DNA of 63,880 bases, filler included, from Conidiobolus incongruus B7586 (GCA_000697335.1; 19 parts of 19 records of this genome joined end to end with filler, not necessarily neighbours in it), one strand, 5' to 3'; shown: positions 1 to 13,870, counted from the whole stretch's first letter. Notes: generated by a model from the sequence alone, not told the origin. Numbers and translations are program-made.

Positions 1-577
1 AATATTAAATTAATCAAAATTTTTATATATTTATATAATTCTCATTAAATTTTGACAAAAATTTTATATTTACTTATATTAGCTAATTAACAAATATATT
101 TATTATATATATTTATTATTTTAATATATTTAAATTTAAATTCAAGATTATAAGCCTCTTTGATATTATTCTAAATAATCATAATTATGGTAGATTAGCT
201 AACATTAGTTATTTTTATAATCTTTTTAGTTAATTAATTTAAAAGTAGATTTTTCTAAAAAAAGATCTATATATTAATTTAAATTAAATAATACTTGGTT
301 AATAGTAATATATTATATATAATATAGTGAAAAAAAATTTATAATATTTGTTATTTATATCTTTTTAACTAATAAACCTATCAAATTATAACTTAATTTA
401 ATCAAACTTTAGGGCTTTAATATATTAAATATTAAATAATAAAATTTTATTAAATATAATAAGTTATAGTGAAATAACATAGATTATATATATTTTAAGT
501 TAATTTAATTAAGAAATATTTAAAATATATCAAAATATAAAATGAATTTTAATTTGATAACTTTTTTTATGCTAGTA
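1..577 (-). mobile_element. Tc1-family DNA transposon, 5' part and long left terminal repeat (hypermutated, cut by window start)
   Basis: 1-240 aligns by eye with the Tc1 copy at 63480-63720. It ends in ...ctttttttatgctagta|ta (577), matching the terminus ...ttatttttgtaagctagta|ta at 34983. An inner repeat aaacctatcaaattataactt lies at ~373-395. Confidence 0.7.
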
Positions 578-2634
578 TATATAGCAAAAATAAAAATACT
601 TAGATATTTTATTATTATATAAATAAAATATTTAACTCCATTAATAATTTTAAATATATCAATAAATTAATTTTATTATTATTATATTTAATAGTTTTTT
701 TAAATCTTATTTGTCATATTAATATTATAAAATTTTTAATATATTTAAATTAATAAATCTATAAAGTTATTATTATTAAAAATATAGATTTTTGAATTTA
801 TATATATTTACCATAAATCTATAAATAACTTATCAAATAATTATTTAATATTTATAGATATAACCTATATTAAATTAAAAATATCTGAAAATATATTAAC
901 TAAATTATTTAGTTTCATAACTAATATTGAATTATTATTATTCAATAATAATATTATATATTATTGTAATTTGAAAGATATTTTTGTATATTAAGAATTA
1001 ATATATTTTAAATTATGTACTCAAATATAATGAGTATATTTTATAAAAAAACTTTATGGCATATATAGCAATATCAATATTTTTTATATCATGCCCTAAG
1101 TAAGTATCACCCACTTATATAACTTTATCATAACGGACATGGCTTGTCATTACTTTATTATTTATAATGTTATTGAAGTCGTTCCCCGAAATCACATCAA
1201 TCTCCTTATAGAATGGTTCATATTATCATTATTGTGGTATAGAAATACACTTTTAATATACCCAGATAATCAAAAAATCTATCATCCATGATACATATCC
1301 CAAATCAATGTTCATATCCCAGCTACACTGCCCAAATTTGAAGTAATACAGGAAGCTGATAATCATGTATCCAATAGCAAAACCAAATCGCCTATAACTC
1401 CTCATTATTTTCATAATAAATATTGGTTATTTTTTAAGAATAATTTAGAATTAACCTGATATAGTATTATATTATATTACTTTCAAATTAATGTAAAACT
1501 TATTTGAAAATTAATTATAATTCAAATTATTTTATTAAAATCGTATTATTATTAAATACAAATTATTAAAATGTATTTAAAATTTAAGAAATATGAACTT
1601 TTTATATTTCATAATCATATTTATTTTACAAACTAAGTTCATTATTCTCAAATTCCGTAATTATTAATTGTTATACGTTTTTAAATTAATAAAAATATTA
1701 ATTTATTAATTGAAAATATAATTAATAGAACTTTTAATATTCCACTTTTAGGATAATTGGTTACTTATCATGTCCTACTATCATAGTTTATAAACAATAT
1801 ATTAATATTAGATATTATAAACAATCAAATATATTGTTTGAGATTTGTTAAAAATCGTGATAAGTTCAAAAGAATGAATAAATTATTAATTTTAATCTAG
1901 GCTTGAAGTATCGTAGAAATCTATTTTTAAGACATATTATTAAAAGCCTAGACTTTAAATTTTATAGTGCTAAATGAAAAAGTTTGTTAGATAAAAGGTT
2001 TCATTTCAGACTTTTATTGAGTGTGAATATCAATTATTAACAAAAGTAATATATAATCCATAATGGATTCAGATTAAAGTTTTACTGTGTGATAATAGTT
2101 TTTCACCAAATATTTTTAAATTATTAAATCATTTATTGAATTGATATTATAGTTTTTTAAATACAAATGTTTTACTAGTCAAATTAGTCATAATCTATGG
2201 TGAAGTAAAATTCCCAGTTAATTATTTGAATCAGAGAAATTAATATATTAACGAATTCAATCAATATGTAATAATTCATAAATGAGTATTGGCTAAGTAT
2301 ATATAATAAAATTGAAACCTATCATAACCATTTTACTATGGTCATTTGTTGATTCAATTTTTTCAAATAGATTATTTTATCTAAGATAAATTGAATCAAT
2401 ACATTGTGAAATAAATTAGTTTTAATCAGCCAAAACTGATACCCTTTAGGTTAATTATAAAACAAAGTTCAGACTTAACCCCTCATGTGATATATCCCTT
2501 TGTATTGTTATTTTATATAATTAATTAAAATATTGTATAAATTACTTGATATAATAATTTACAAGATAATTGAATTAATATTAATGTTTAAGATTGAGTA
2601 AAGAATCTTAATTCATTGAATAAATATCAATCAA

Positions 2635-3607
2635 TTAAAAATCCAAATTATATTTGGAATTTGGTTTTTTAATTGCAACAATCCAACTCAACTTTTCGGT
2701 AGGATATATAATATAATCACTTCCACTTTCAATCTGCCAACCATCAGTATTGAATTCTTTAATAAATTCCATCAATTCTTCATTAGACCTAGAGCGGAGA
2801 GAAGAGACAAGACTGTCCCAAAGCCAGGTAAATAAAAGAACAGGGAAGATATATAAAGTAACAAATATAGAGAGGGGTAGTTGTTGAAAATAGAAGGGAA
2901 GAATCAAAAAAGGGAAGATTAAACCATTTATAAACACACAGTTAAAAGCATTTAATACACTTCTCTCAGTTATTTCAACAATCCTAGAATCAAATACTAT
3001 TAATACAATAAAGTGAAACACTATAAGCTATAGCTTACGCAAACCCATCCGAGTTCTCAAAAGAATTCTTTAGAATTTTTCTGACAAATTCATCTGTAAA
3101 ATGGTGGTAGCATGCATGAAAAGTTTGAAACACTTTATCAGCTGGAGGGAAATCAAATGGTTTAGTGATATCCACAGGTTCTTCAATATAGCTTAGATAT
3201 GGATTGTTTGCACATACCTCTTTCCAAAGGTTGATACTGGGGTAAAGATCTGAAAGATAAAATTTCACAGGCTTTTCAAGTTTATCTTTAATTAATTCGT
3301 TAACATGCTTTGAGATATAAGGATTAGGTCCTGATCCTCCTGAACACATATCCATAATTGCAATCTCTTGATCTGGGTACATCTGTGTCAATGTGCAGAT
3401 TGCCTTACTAATTATTTCCGAAGCTAGACGATGTCTGGGCTTGAACCAACCGTTTATTTGGGGAAATACATTGGTAATAAATTCTGGGAACTCAAAACTC
3501 CATAATACGTGTAAAATCAAAGTTAATTGATATTTAATAACATCAGGATACCAAGATAATTCATGGAGTTCAATAAGATGAACTCTTGGCCATTTGAGTT
3601 TTAGCAT
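2635..3607 (-). CDS. Uncharacterised class I SAM-dependent methyltransferase-like protein, 305 aa, 2 exons (3607-3039, 2983-2635)
   Basis: A 55-nt GTAAGC...TTCTAG intron (3038-2984) joins the two ORF-track pieces in frame, giving GFA|IVEITER and 918 nt in total. Motifs: DMCSGGSGP (SAM motif I), LSDLYP, VDIT, CYHHF, WDSLVSSLR, plus a long hydrophobic segment in exon 2. Confidence 0.85.
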
Positions 3608-5607
3608 GATTCAAATTTTCTTTACTATAATTAGATATATTTAAGAAATATTTTTTAGAAAATAAGACATTTATATACTTAAGTCTAAATGAGATTAATC
3701 ATTATTTTAAGTACCTTTTTAATGAGAACAATTGAAAATATCTAATATCATTCAAAATTTAATTGTTTGATTTATATATTCAAAAAATCATTCGATTCAC
3801 TTTTATTTTGCAAATATAAAATTTCACACCATTTGTCAAATACTCAAAAAATATTTCCCCCAATTTATCTATATCCTCATCGTTGCAAAAACATTGGTTT
3901 CTATTATAGATCATATAAAGATTTAAAGTGAAACTCACAAATTTTGTTTCACATTATATATTTGACTGTTTAAAATAATTGTTATTTTGCATTATTCAGA
4001 GTAATATGCATATAATATTTTATTAAGTTGTTTAATATTAAAAGAATTACTATGGTCTAACCGACTCTAATAAAGACAAGCATCTTTATTTATTTAATAT
4101 GAAATATTTATTGTCTAATTTATTGTTTAATAATATTTAAATAAGCAATCTCATAATCATCATTTTTTTAAAATAGTAAAGAGCATTATTGCCCAATTGA
4201 GATAAATTATTTTATTATATCTATTTCGATAAAAATCTCTCTGCATTTCAAGATCCGATTATGTTTATAATTATTCTAATTTATTATTAATATTCTCCTA
4301 ATTCAATAAAATACGAATTTCAAAATGAGGATTTATAGATAAGATAATTAGATTAGTTAACTTAACGAGATAGTTTTGATGTGTGCATTAAAAAATTGAC
4401 CTTTTCTTTTTACTCTGTGGGCAAAATAAAATTTAGAAACTATCAATAGTTTTAATACTTCCATTTCATACTTGGCAAAAAATTAATACCTTTATAAAAT
4501 TCAATATCAAAGAAAAGACTTAGTTTCTAAATTATATGACCCTATTAGTGGAATGAGCGAAGCTTCGATCTGATCATTCAATTCCAATGCAGGTGAAATC
4601 TTGAAATGTCAACATTAATACACAAAAATTGAGTATAAAACATCGAAAACCATTTAAATTATATCAAGTAAGTTTTTGCCACAAAATTTAAAGTACATGG
4701 ATGACATATTGTATTAACAATATAATTTCATAAATGATAAAATAATTATAGTAATTAATGAAAATTACAATGAAAAAAATTGCAAGGGATTTGTTGAAAA
4801 CAAATAGATATATAGTCATCATTATATTTACATCCTTATTATTAATCATTATATCAAATAAAATTCAAAAACAATAGGTTGGTCATATTGTTTCAAAAAA
4901 GGTTTAATAAAAATTGGAAACAAATTATTTTGTAGATAATGTCAAAAGTTATATGATTAAAATTAATTAGGGTTTGTATTGGAAATTTTGTCTCCATACC
5001 AGATATTTCTATCTATTATATTTGTTTTTATATACCACTCTAACAGATATACTTCTATACTTAAAGTGAATCCAAGAATAAAATTTAAATTTTTAAATTA
5101 TTCTCTAATATTTTATTTAATTTATGAAATTCAAAATTTTGAATTGAATTTTATATTATTACTATTTGCCTAGTAACAGGAGAGTATACTCGCACATTGG
5201 AAGGAATCCCTTAGAGTACAAAATATTAGGCAATTAGCCAAAAATGTTAATAAAATATAACAGAAAGAGTAAAGTTGGAGTTAGTATAATAGAGGAGTGT
5301 TTGTTTAAGAAAGTAAAATTGTTTGAATATTTCAACATTATTAAAAAGAGTCTGATAATATGAAATTTCTGGAATATAAGTTTTTGGAGCTAGGGGTTAA
5401 AGCATCCACATCACTAGCATAATCATATCCATAATTATGAACTATTTTATTTCAAGTATAGTTTTTTTTATATATGCATTTCCACTTCACTATTTATTAA
5501 TTTCTATTCCAAAATAAATATTCTTTATGTTTTGTTAAACTATATTACTAAGTAATATTAAATTTTTTTGATCATTAAGAATTTCAGATTATAAATGACT
5601 AATATTA

Positions 5608-6627
5608 CTCTGAATTTTTAATAATGGGAATTTTTTGTGATTAAAAAAAATAAATATTTTAATATATAATATATAAAGATAAATATATAATATAAATTTA
5701 ATAGCTTTTTTTATTGTTAATAACTTTTTGCTATATTTTAAACAAAGTTCTAACACTTAAGAAATAGTTTTTTTTATTAAAGGCTAAAATTTGATATTTT
5801 ACAAACCAATTAAATTTTCTTATAGAAATTTTTTTTCTTGTAAGCTAGTTTTTTAATTGCCTAAAGCAATTATAATCACATTAGTTATAATCTAAAAAAT
5901 ATACTAGATATGGTAGTTTTATCTAGTTATTTTTAATTAGAAAATTTTTTATAACTTTAAATTTATATATTTTGTAATTATTATACAAAATAATAAGGTT
6001 TTTTAAATTATATTAAGGATACTAATTAAAAATACTTTTATTTAAAAAAGTAATATAAAATTTATTATTAATTGATTTTCTTTTAAAAACTAAATAAAAG
6101 TAGGATATATCATTATAATTAATTATAATAATTAACATTTGTTTATTAATAAAATACCTATTTAAAGGGATTTATAAAAGGAGTTAATTTAACTTAATCT
6201 AAAATCTTGATTTATGTTTTAATAAAAGATTATATATAAAGATTTAAGATTCATTAATTATAGTTATTTGCTATAAGAGTTTAAGCTTCTAATAATATTT
6301 TTATAAGATTTATTTAATAATAACTACTCTAACTTTTTTTAAGCTTTAATTAAATTATAAGATATTTATTTTATATTATTTTTAATTAGTTTAAGTTTTA
6401 ACTTTAATATATAAAAAATACATATAGGAATAATATTAAAGTACTTAGATAATTTTTTAATTGAAATAAAAAGTTACTTTTTAGTATATTTTTTCACTTT
6501 ATTAATAATTGAAAAAATAATAATTAAAATTAATCTTTTAGATTTTAATATATTTAAAATAGTTTCTTTTAATTTTAAAGTAATTTACCTAGCAATAAAT
6601 TATTAATTTAAATAATACTTTATTATT
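5608..6627 (-). mobile_element. mariner (DD34D) transposon copy, hypermutated, truncated by gap
   Basis: TA followed by TIR CTCTGAATTTTTAATAATGGGAATTTTTT. Colinear with the copies at 7334-8628 and 35815-36965. Confidence 0.85.
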
Positions 6628-6727
6628 NNNNNNNNNNNNNNNNNNNNNNNNNNNNNNNNNNNNNNNNNNNNTTAATTAATTAANNNNNNNNNNNNNNNNN
6701 NNNNNNNNNNNNNNNNNNNNNNNNNNN
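6628..6727. other. Assembly gap with artificial six-frame-stop linker (first of 18)
   Basis: 44 N + TTAATTAATTAA + 44 N. Identical gaps start at 9269, 11722, 13902, 15263, 25828, 27474, 33434, 35715, 41779, 43725, 48804, 51612, 54859, 56416, 59330, 61408 and 62568. Confidence 0.97.
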
Positions 6728-6938
6728 ATATTTTTATTTATTATTTTAAATTTAATTATTCAAAATTAAGTTCTTTATGTTTTTAAATAAAATAATCTTT
6801 AAATTATATTTTTATTAAATAATTGAGATATTTTTTAACTTATATTAAAATTATAAAAAATATAAAGCTAAACTTAGAAAAAACTGTTTATAGAAAAAAA
6901 CTAAAAAAAATACTATATCTAATATATTTACCAAATTA
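6728..6938 (+). mobile_element. mariner transposase 3' fragment, interrupted at a TA by the Tc1 insertion
   Basis: Aligns to 35341-35503 (second-D to PHPPYSPD region) and stops at the TA at 6937-6938, where the Tc1 terminus begins. Confidence 0.65.
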
Positions 6939-9268
6939 CTCTAACCTATAAAAATGAGTTATAAAATCAAAAACCCTTATATTTTTACTAATCACTTAAT
7001 TAATATTTAATAAAATAAACTTGAATTAAATAATTAAAATTATAAATATCTGTTAATAATATATATAATTAAATAATGATATTTAGTTATTAATTGGTTC
7101 AAATATTAACCCTTAAATTTTACCTAAGATGAGTTATAAATTTATAGATTTTTGATGATAAAAGAAATTAAAACTTAGTATATCTATCTTTAAATTTTTT
7201 AACTCCTTTGAGTTTATAGGGTATAAAGTCAATTAACTTTTTATATTAAGAAAAATCAATCTTGATTTATACTTTTTAAATATATTTTTAAAGTTGATTT
7301 AAATTTTTTATTAAAAGAAAAGCTTTAATATTACTTTGTAATTTAAATAATAAGAATTTTTTGTGATTGAAAAAAAAAACATTTTAATATATAAAAAATA
7401 AAAATAAATATATAATATAAAATTAATGGTTTCTTTTATTTCTAATAACTTTTTGCTATATTTTTAATAAAGATTTAACACCTAAATAATAGTTCTTTTT
7501 ATTAAAGACTGAAATTTAATATTTCACAACCTAATTAAATTTTTTGATAAAAATTTTCTTTCTTAGAAGCTAGTTTTTTAATTACTTAAAGCAATTATAA
7601 TTATATAGATTATAATTTAAAAAGTATTCTAGATATGGTAATTTTTTCCAGTTATTTTTAATTAAAAAGTTCTTTATAACTTTAGATTTATATATTTTGC
7701 AATTATTATATAAAATAATAGGTTTTTTTAAATTATATTGAAAATACCAATTAGAAATAATTTTATTTAAAAAAGAAATATAAAGTTTACTATTAATTGA
7801 TTTTTTTAGGAACTAAATAAAAATAGCATATGTTATTATAATCTATTATAATAATTAACATTTACTTATCAATAAAGTATTTATTTAAAGGAATTTATAA
7901 AGGGGGTTGATTTAACTTAATTTAACACCTTGATTTATATTTTAACAAAGGATCATACAAAAAAATCTAAGATTCATAAATTGTAATAATTTGCTGTAAA
8001 AGCCTTGGTTTCTAGCTATATTTTAGTAAATTTTGTTTAGCAATAGCTACTCTAGTTTTTTTAGCTTTAGTTAAATTATAAGGTACCTATTTTATATTTT
8101 TATTAACTAATTTTAATTTAAACGTTAATATATATAAAATACTTATATAACTAATATTAATATAACTTGATAATTCTTTAGTTAAAATAAAAAGGTGCTT
8201 TTCAATGTAATTTTTTACTTTATTAACAATTAGAAAAGTAACAGTTGAAATTAGTCTATTAAATTTTCATAGGTTTTAGATAGTTTCTTTCTTAACTTTA
8301 AAGTAATTTACCCAGCAATAAATTATTAATTTAGATAATACTTTATTACTATAAGTTGCTTGTAAATTTTAAATGATTTTAGAGGGTTTGTGGTTAAACT
8401 TTACTAATATTAAAATCAAAACTTTTGATAGTTATTATTTAATTTAAGAAGGATTAAATTAAATAATTAATATCAAAAAATTAATTTTTTAATCAAAAAA
8501 ATATTATATATATATATTTCAAAACTATTTATTTTCCTATTTGTTTTGAATATATTTTTTTATTTAAAACTAATAATAAGTTTAAAAAATCAGAAATTAA
8601 AAAATTTCTATTTTTATTGATTCTATAATAATAATTTTTTTTAATTAATCTTAAAGATATTAAATTAAATTAAAGTTAAAAGATTAAAGAAGTTATTTTG
8701 TAATTATTATCTTATCATTTTTAGGTTATTTGGTAATAAAAGTTATCATATAACAAGATGTTTTATCTTATGAAAAATTAATATTAAATTTGTTTAACTT
8801 ATATTATTCTATGGTTTTTTTAATTTATTATTTAAAATACTCTAATATATCTTAATATTAATTCCCCCATTAATTTTATAAGGAAATTTTATACTTAAAG
8901 ATATTATATATCCTTAATTAATAATTAACCTATTATTATACTTTTAAATAAAATTAATATGATAGTTATAAAATAATTTTATATCTTTTTTTAAATATCT
9001 AATTATTTTATTAAATTTACTAAAATATATTTTTTTTCATTAAATTAAATAACCTTATTTTAGTTAATTTTAATTTAATATTAATGATAATATATAAATT
9101 TTTATTTAATTTTATAAAAAACTTTATTTAGTTAAGGGTATTTTTTCTTAAAATATAAGTGGTATTTATGCTAATATAAAATATATATAATAATATTAAT
9201 ATTAACTAATATTTTTATATAGTTTTATAATGCTTGTTATATTTTTACAGTAATACTATATTTGCTTA
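6939..9268 (-). mobile_element. Tc1 (DD34E) transposon, split by a mariner insertion at ~7334-8628, truncated by gap
   Basis: 7078-7330 and 8630-9268 align contiguously with the uninterrupted copy at 62668-63560. Terminus TA|CTCTAACCTATAAAAATGAGTTATAAA, inner repeat GATGAGTTATAAATTT at ~7128. Confidence 0.85.
7334..8628 (-). mobile_element. Full-length (~1.3 kb) mariner transposon, inactivated by transitions
   Basis: The minus strand reads LQATYSNKVLSKLIIYCWVNYFK...K*VPYNLT (mariner WVPHEL motif, ~8070-8092)...LLQQIITIYES*IFLYDP (first catalytic D region, ~7966-7990). Degenerate TIRs at both ends. Confidence 0.9.
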
Positions 9269-11821
9269 NNNNNNNNNNNNNNNNNNNNNNNNNNNNNNNN
9301 NNNNNNNNNNNNTTAATTAATTAANNNNNNNNNNNNNNNNNNNNNNNNNNNNNNNNNNNNNNNNNNNNTTTTAAAAACGCTTAATTTACTTTTTATTTAT
9401 TAATTATATATTATTTATTAAATTTTTGATTTTAAAACTCTCTATAATTTTATACAAAGTCATTATATATATTGAAATTTTCTGAAACAATTAATTTTAT
9501 AAATAATGAATTCGAATATCAAAAGAATTATAAAAAAATAAAATTTATTAATGATTATTTTATTTATAATGACCTTAGTCGAGATTTTTCAGTAATACTA
9601 AGTTATTCCAAAATATTGTAACCTAACAATATTAATTACAAAACATAATTTATTATATATTTATATTGAATTATTTTGTTAATTAAATATTATTCATAAC
9701 ATAATTTTGAATTAAAGAATAGTGATTAATATTTTATATTTGTAATTTTACTTATATCAAATTTTTGGTTAGAATAAGAATTATATTTTGAATTGGATAT
9801 ATCACTATAATATTATAATAATCATTATATATTTCTTAACATTCAATATTTAAAAATTATATTTTAATTCACTTAATTTAATATTTTACCTTAGAATATA
9901 ATAACTTAAATGTTATAATATCAATATTTGTTATTCTTTGAAATATATTTATTATCAATATTATAAAAAAATGAATATAAAATATTTTTCAAAAATTGAA
10001 TAAAATAAATAAATATATATTTATATTGATTTGTATCAAAATTTTATACAATTATTAATAAGTTTATATCTATCAATAATATTCACTAATAATGAAAAAT
10101 AATAATTTAGACCTAATAATAAGTAAATTAAAATATATTATGTAAATATATTTTATATTCCAAAGTTTCGAATATAAATGATATATTAATTTATAAGTAT
10201 ATCAAATATTTATATATTTTAATATTACTTTTTAAATCAAAATTGAAAATTTGAATGAAATTCAAATTTTAATTTAATTATGGATATAAATATATTAAAA
10301 TTATATTATTGTATATTTTCAACATTAAATATTATTATTAATAGTTATTTTATCAAATATACTATAACCATGAATTTTCAACAAATTTTATATTCAATTT
10401 GAAATTAAATGAATAATATTTTTAATCGCGGCTAAATTAATGTTTGCTATATATTTCAAATATACTTCAATATACCTGTTATTTATGGTAACTATTATTC
10501 ATTTTGAATATAAAACAAATTTATTGGTATTCGATCAAATTGAATGATAATTATATATTATTAAAATATATTTCTACTAACATAATAGAAAATTTGATTA
10601 TTAAATTAATCAATTGAATTAATACCAAATATATTCTTTCATTTATATTGCTTTATAATTCTGAAACTCAATCTTTTTTATTGATTAAGACTAATATCGA
10701 TTTGTATATCCTCTAAATTATATATAATAATAATTTAAAAATAATTCATTATATATTTAAATTATTAGAGTATATATAAATAAAATATTTTTCAAATAAT
10801 GTGTAGTTTGAAGTGATAGTATATTATATTCACATATACTTTATTAAGCTTGCTTAACACAGAAAACATACTTCTGATAGAATAATATAAAATATCAACT
10901 TTTGAAAAATTTATTTCAAAATTTCACAAAATATATTAAAATTTATTTTTATTGATATTTTGGAAATCTAAATTAAATTATTAAATATCAATGATTGCTA
11001 ATTTAATGGCATCAAAATGTCATTATAAAAATTTTATGATTATATAGTTGAATTATCTTATATATCAAAAAGCTTTAGTAAAACAATAGTAATATTTATA
11101 AAGTATTATTATATTTTATGTATTTAACAAAATATTCTTTTAAATTCTATGCAACTCTTTTAAAAAATATTTTAAAAAAAATTATTTGTATTATACTCAT
11201 TTATAATCAAATGTAAATATTGTTTAATAAGAATTATATTAATTTTCTAATATTCAAATATAACTATTGATATTAATCATTAATTAATTGAATTTAATAA
11301 ATTATATATTATATTAGTATAGTCTAATGATTAATTTAATTTAATAATTAAATTATTAAATTTATTAGTATCTGTATATTAAAATTTTAACTGAAAAAAA
11401 TTCAATTCAGTAAATTAATTTGATATTGTAAAAAATTGATAAAGTTTAAAAAATATCTTTTAATTAAAAATAAAACGAATCAGCATTTAAAATATAATTT
11501 TTTAACAATTCTTGAAAATCATTTGGTTTTTGTATATATTTTATGTCTGCAAAACATGAAATTATATTCATTTCAATAGAAAATAAAATTCTTATAATAA
11601 TTTAAATATATCAAATTTTATTAACTCATATATTAAATAAATTCCAAATACTTTGTTGTCTAATGATTTATATTAATTATAATTAACAAAATGTTTTATT
11701 CGACAACAAAATTTAAAATTANNNNNNNNNNNNNNNNNNNNNNNNNNNNNNNNNNNNNNNNNNNNTTAATTAATTAANNNNNNNNNNNNNNNNNNNNNNN
11801 NNNNNNNNNNNNNNNNNNNNN

Positions 11822-13870
11822 AAAAGAAATGAATTTGTAATCTTCTAAAATAATACTTATACATAAAAAACTATAGTATTTAAACTAATTTTAACCTAAT
11901 ATAAAATTATAACTAATATTACCAACCAGGAATTTAATATATTAAGAATAGTTAAGAAATAGTGATAAGTATTTAAATATAATATTAAATGCTTGTTCTA
12001 TTAAATTATTAGTATATTTAATTATTAAGCTTTTTTTATATAATTAAAGATAGTTTTATAATAATAAAAGAAAAGATAATATAATTAAAACAATTAAAGT
12101 TAATTAAAATATTAACAAGTATATCTATAAAATATCTAGTTAAAACAAATAATAAAATAATAGTTAAAGGGTAAAAAATTATAAGGTAAATTAGTTACTA
12201 GAATATTTTTAGTTTCTAGTAGCTTAATTAATTAGATTTCTCTAGTATATTTAATTTAATTTATGTAATCATTAGTTTATTAAAACTTTTGTGGATTAAA
12301 TTAGAATTTACTAAATAATTATAAAAAAGATGATTTTAAGGTAATATGAATATTATTTAAGTTTGATTTATGTTTGGTAGATTAAGATTATTGAGAATTA
12401 AACAAATATTGCTTCTTAAGAAAACACTTATTAACTTTATAATTAACTTAAGTCTTTCAACAATAATAGTAACCTTTATTTATTTTTAAATAAGCTTTAA
12501 CTTCTTTATTAAAGGTTTTTTATAGAGTTTTAAAGCACAAACATTTATCATTTGAGATTTAAGTAAGTTAAAATAAGTTTTAAAAGATTAATTTTTAAAA
12601 TAAGAAAATTTAATTATAAAGTAAAAGAAATTATTAATTATAATTGCTATATCATAAATATTAGTAAAAAACATATTATTAGAATATTACCTATTAACTA
12701 ACTAAAGTTTTACTTGAAGATTAAAATATTATAATAGCTTATAGATTTACTTTTCTTCAATAATATTTAATATACTTAATTATATCTTATTAAATTTCTT
12801 AATTATCTTATAAAAGTTTTTTATTTAAGAAAACTTTTTACTTATTAATTAAACTTAATTTTTAGGTAATACCTTTCTTTAAAAACTTTTTCTAATTATT
12901 TAAAGGTTTATATTCTGGTAATAAACTATCCCCCTAAAAACTCTTTAAGATTAAGTTTACAATAAGTTAACTATTAAGTATAAATAAATTTTTCCAAAAA
13001 AAGTAATTAATTAAAAGATATTCTTTAAATTTTTATTAGGAATTAAATTAAAATAATTTTTAATATTTTTAAGATAGTTTTTAAGCTTATAGAGGTTTTT
13101 AAAACTATTATAAATAGTTAGTTTAACTTTAAAAACACTAAGTAAGTAACTTAATATGTTAATAGTAGTGAAATAGTTAGTTTGTTAGATTTAAGCTTTT
13201 TAAATTATATTTTTCTTAACTAAATATTATTTAATATAAGTTTTTTAAAGGGTAATAAATTTTTAAAAATTAAAGTTTTAGATACACTTAGTAATTAAAC
13301 TACTATTATTATTAAAATAATATAATGATATTTTTTTAATAATATTATATTATATAGTATTAAATTTAAATAAAATAAATTATAGATAAGATCTAAAATA
13401 ATAATAGATAAATTAGATATTAGTAATTATTAATTTCTAATAAGTTTTTAATAGTGTAATTATTGTTATTATATAGACATAATAGTAAATACTAATATAA
13501 TATAGAGGAAAACTTAATATAAAAATAGTGTGAAATAAAATATAATACTATAATATAGTTGTAATATGTAAATATAAACAAAGTTTAATTAAGCTTCAAA
13601 TTAGGATGAGTCACTAATATATTAAGATTTATATTAGGTAATGCTAATATACTCTAATATTAATAGGATATAGTTTTAATCTTAGAAATAGTGAAAAAGA
13701 TAAGAAATAATAAAAATTGAGAGAAAAAAGAAAAACCTAGTATATTAGATAGTTCAATATTATTTTTTATAATTAATTTAGCTATAAAAGTATAAATTAA
13801 TTATATAATTTATAATTAAATAAATTATATAAAAATATATATAAGAATTTAAAGAATTAGTCTTTTAACA
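11822..13870 (-). mobile_element. Ty3/gypsy LTR retrotransposon 5' half (5' LTR ~13870-13496, PBS, gag, protease), hypermutated
   Basis: The LTR starts TGTTAAAAGACT on the minus strand. Gag zinc-knuckle remnant NKGYYYC*KT*VNYKVNKCF (~12415-12480). Protease remnants VNILINFNC (~12085-12115, from LID(S/P)GC) and FLVGNISYNFILG*N*F (~11885-11935, from D.ILG.DW). Colinear with 41879-43724. Confidence 0.85.

Noticed and set aside
6672..6683. TTAATTAATTAA recurring 18 times as a possible biological repeat or CRISPR-like array
   Set aside because: It is always centred in an identical 100-nt N block. It is an artificial all-frame-stop contig linker.
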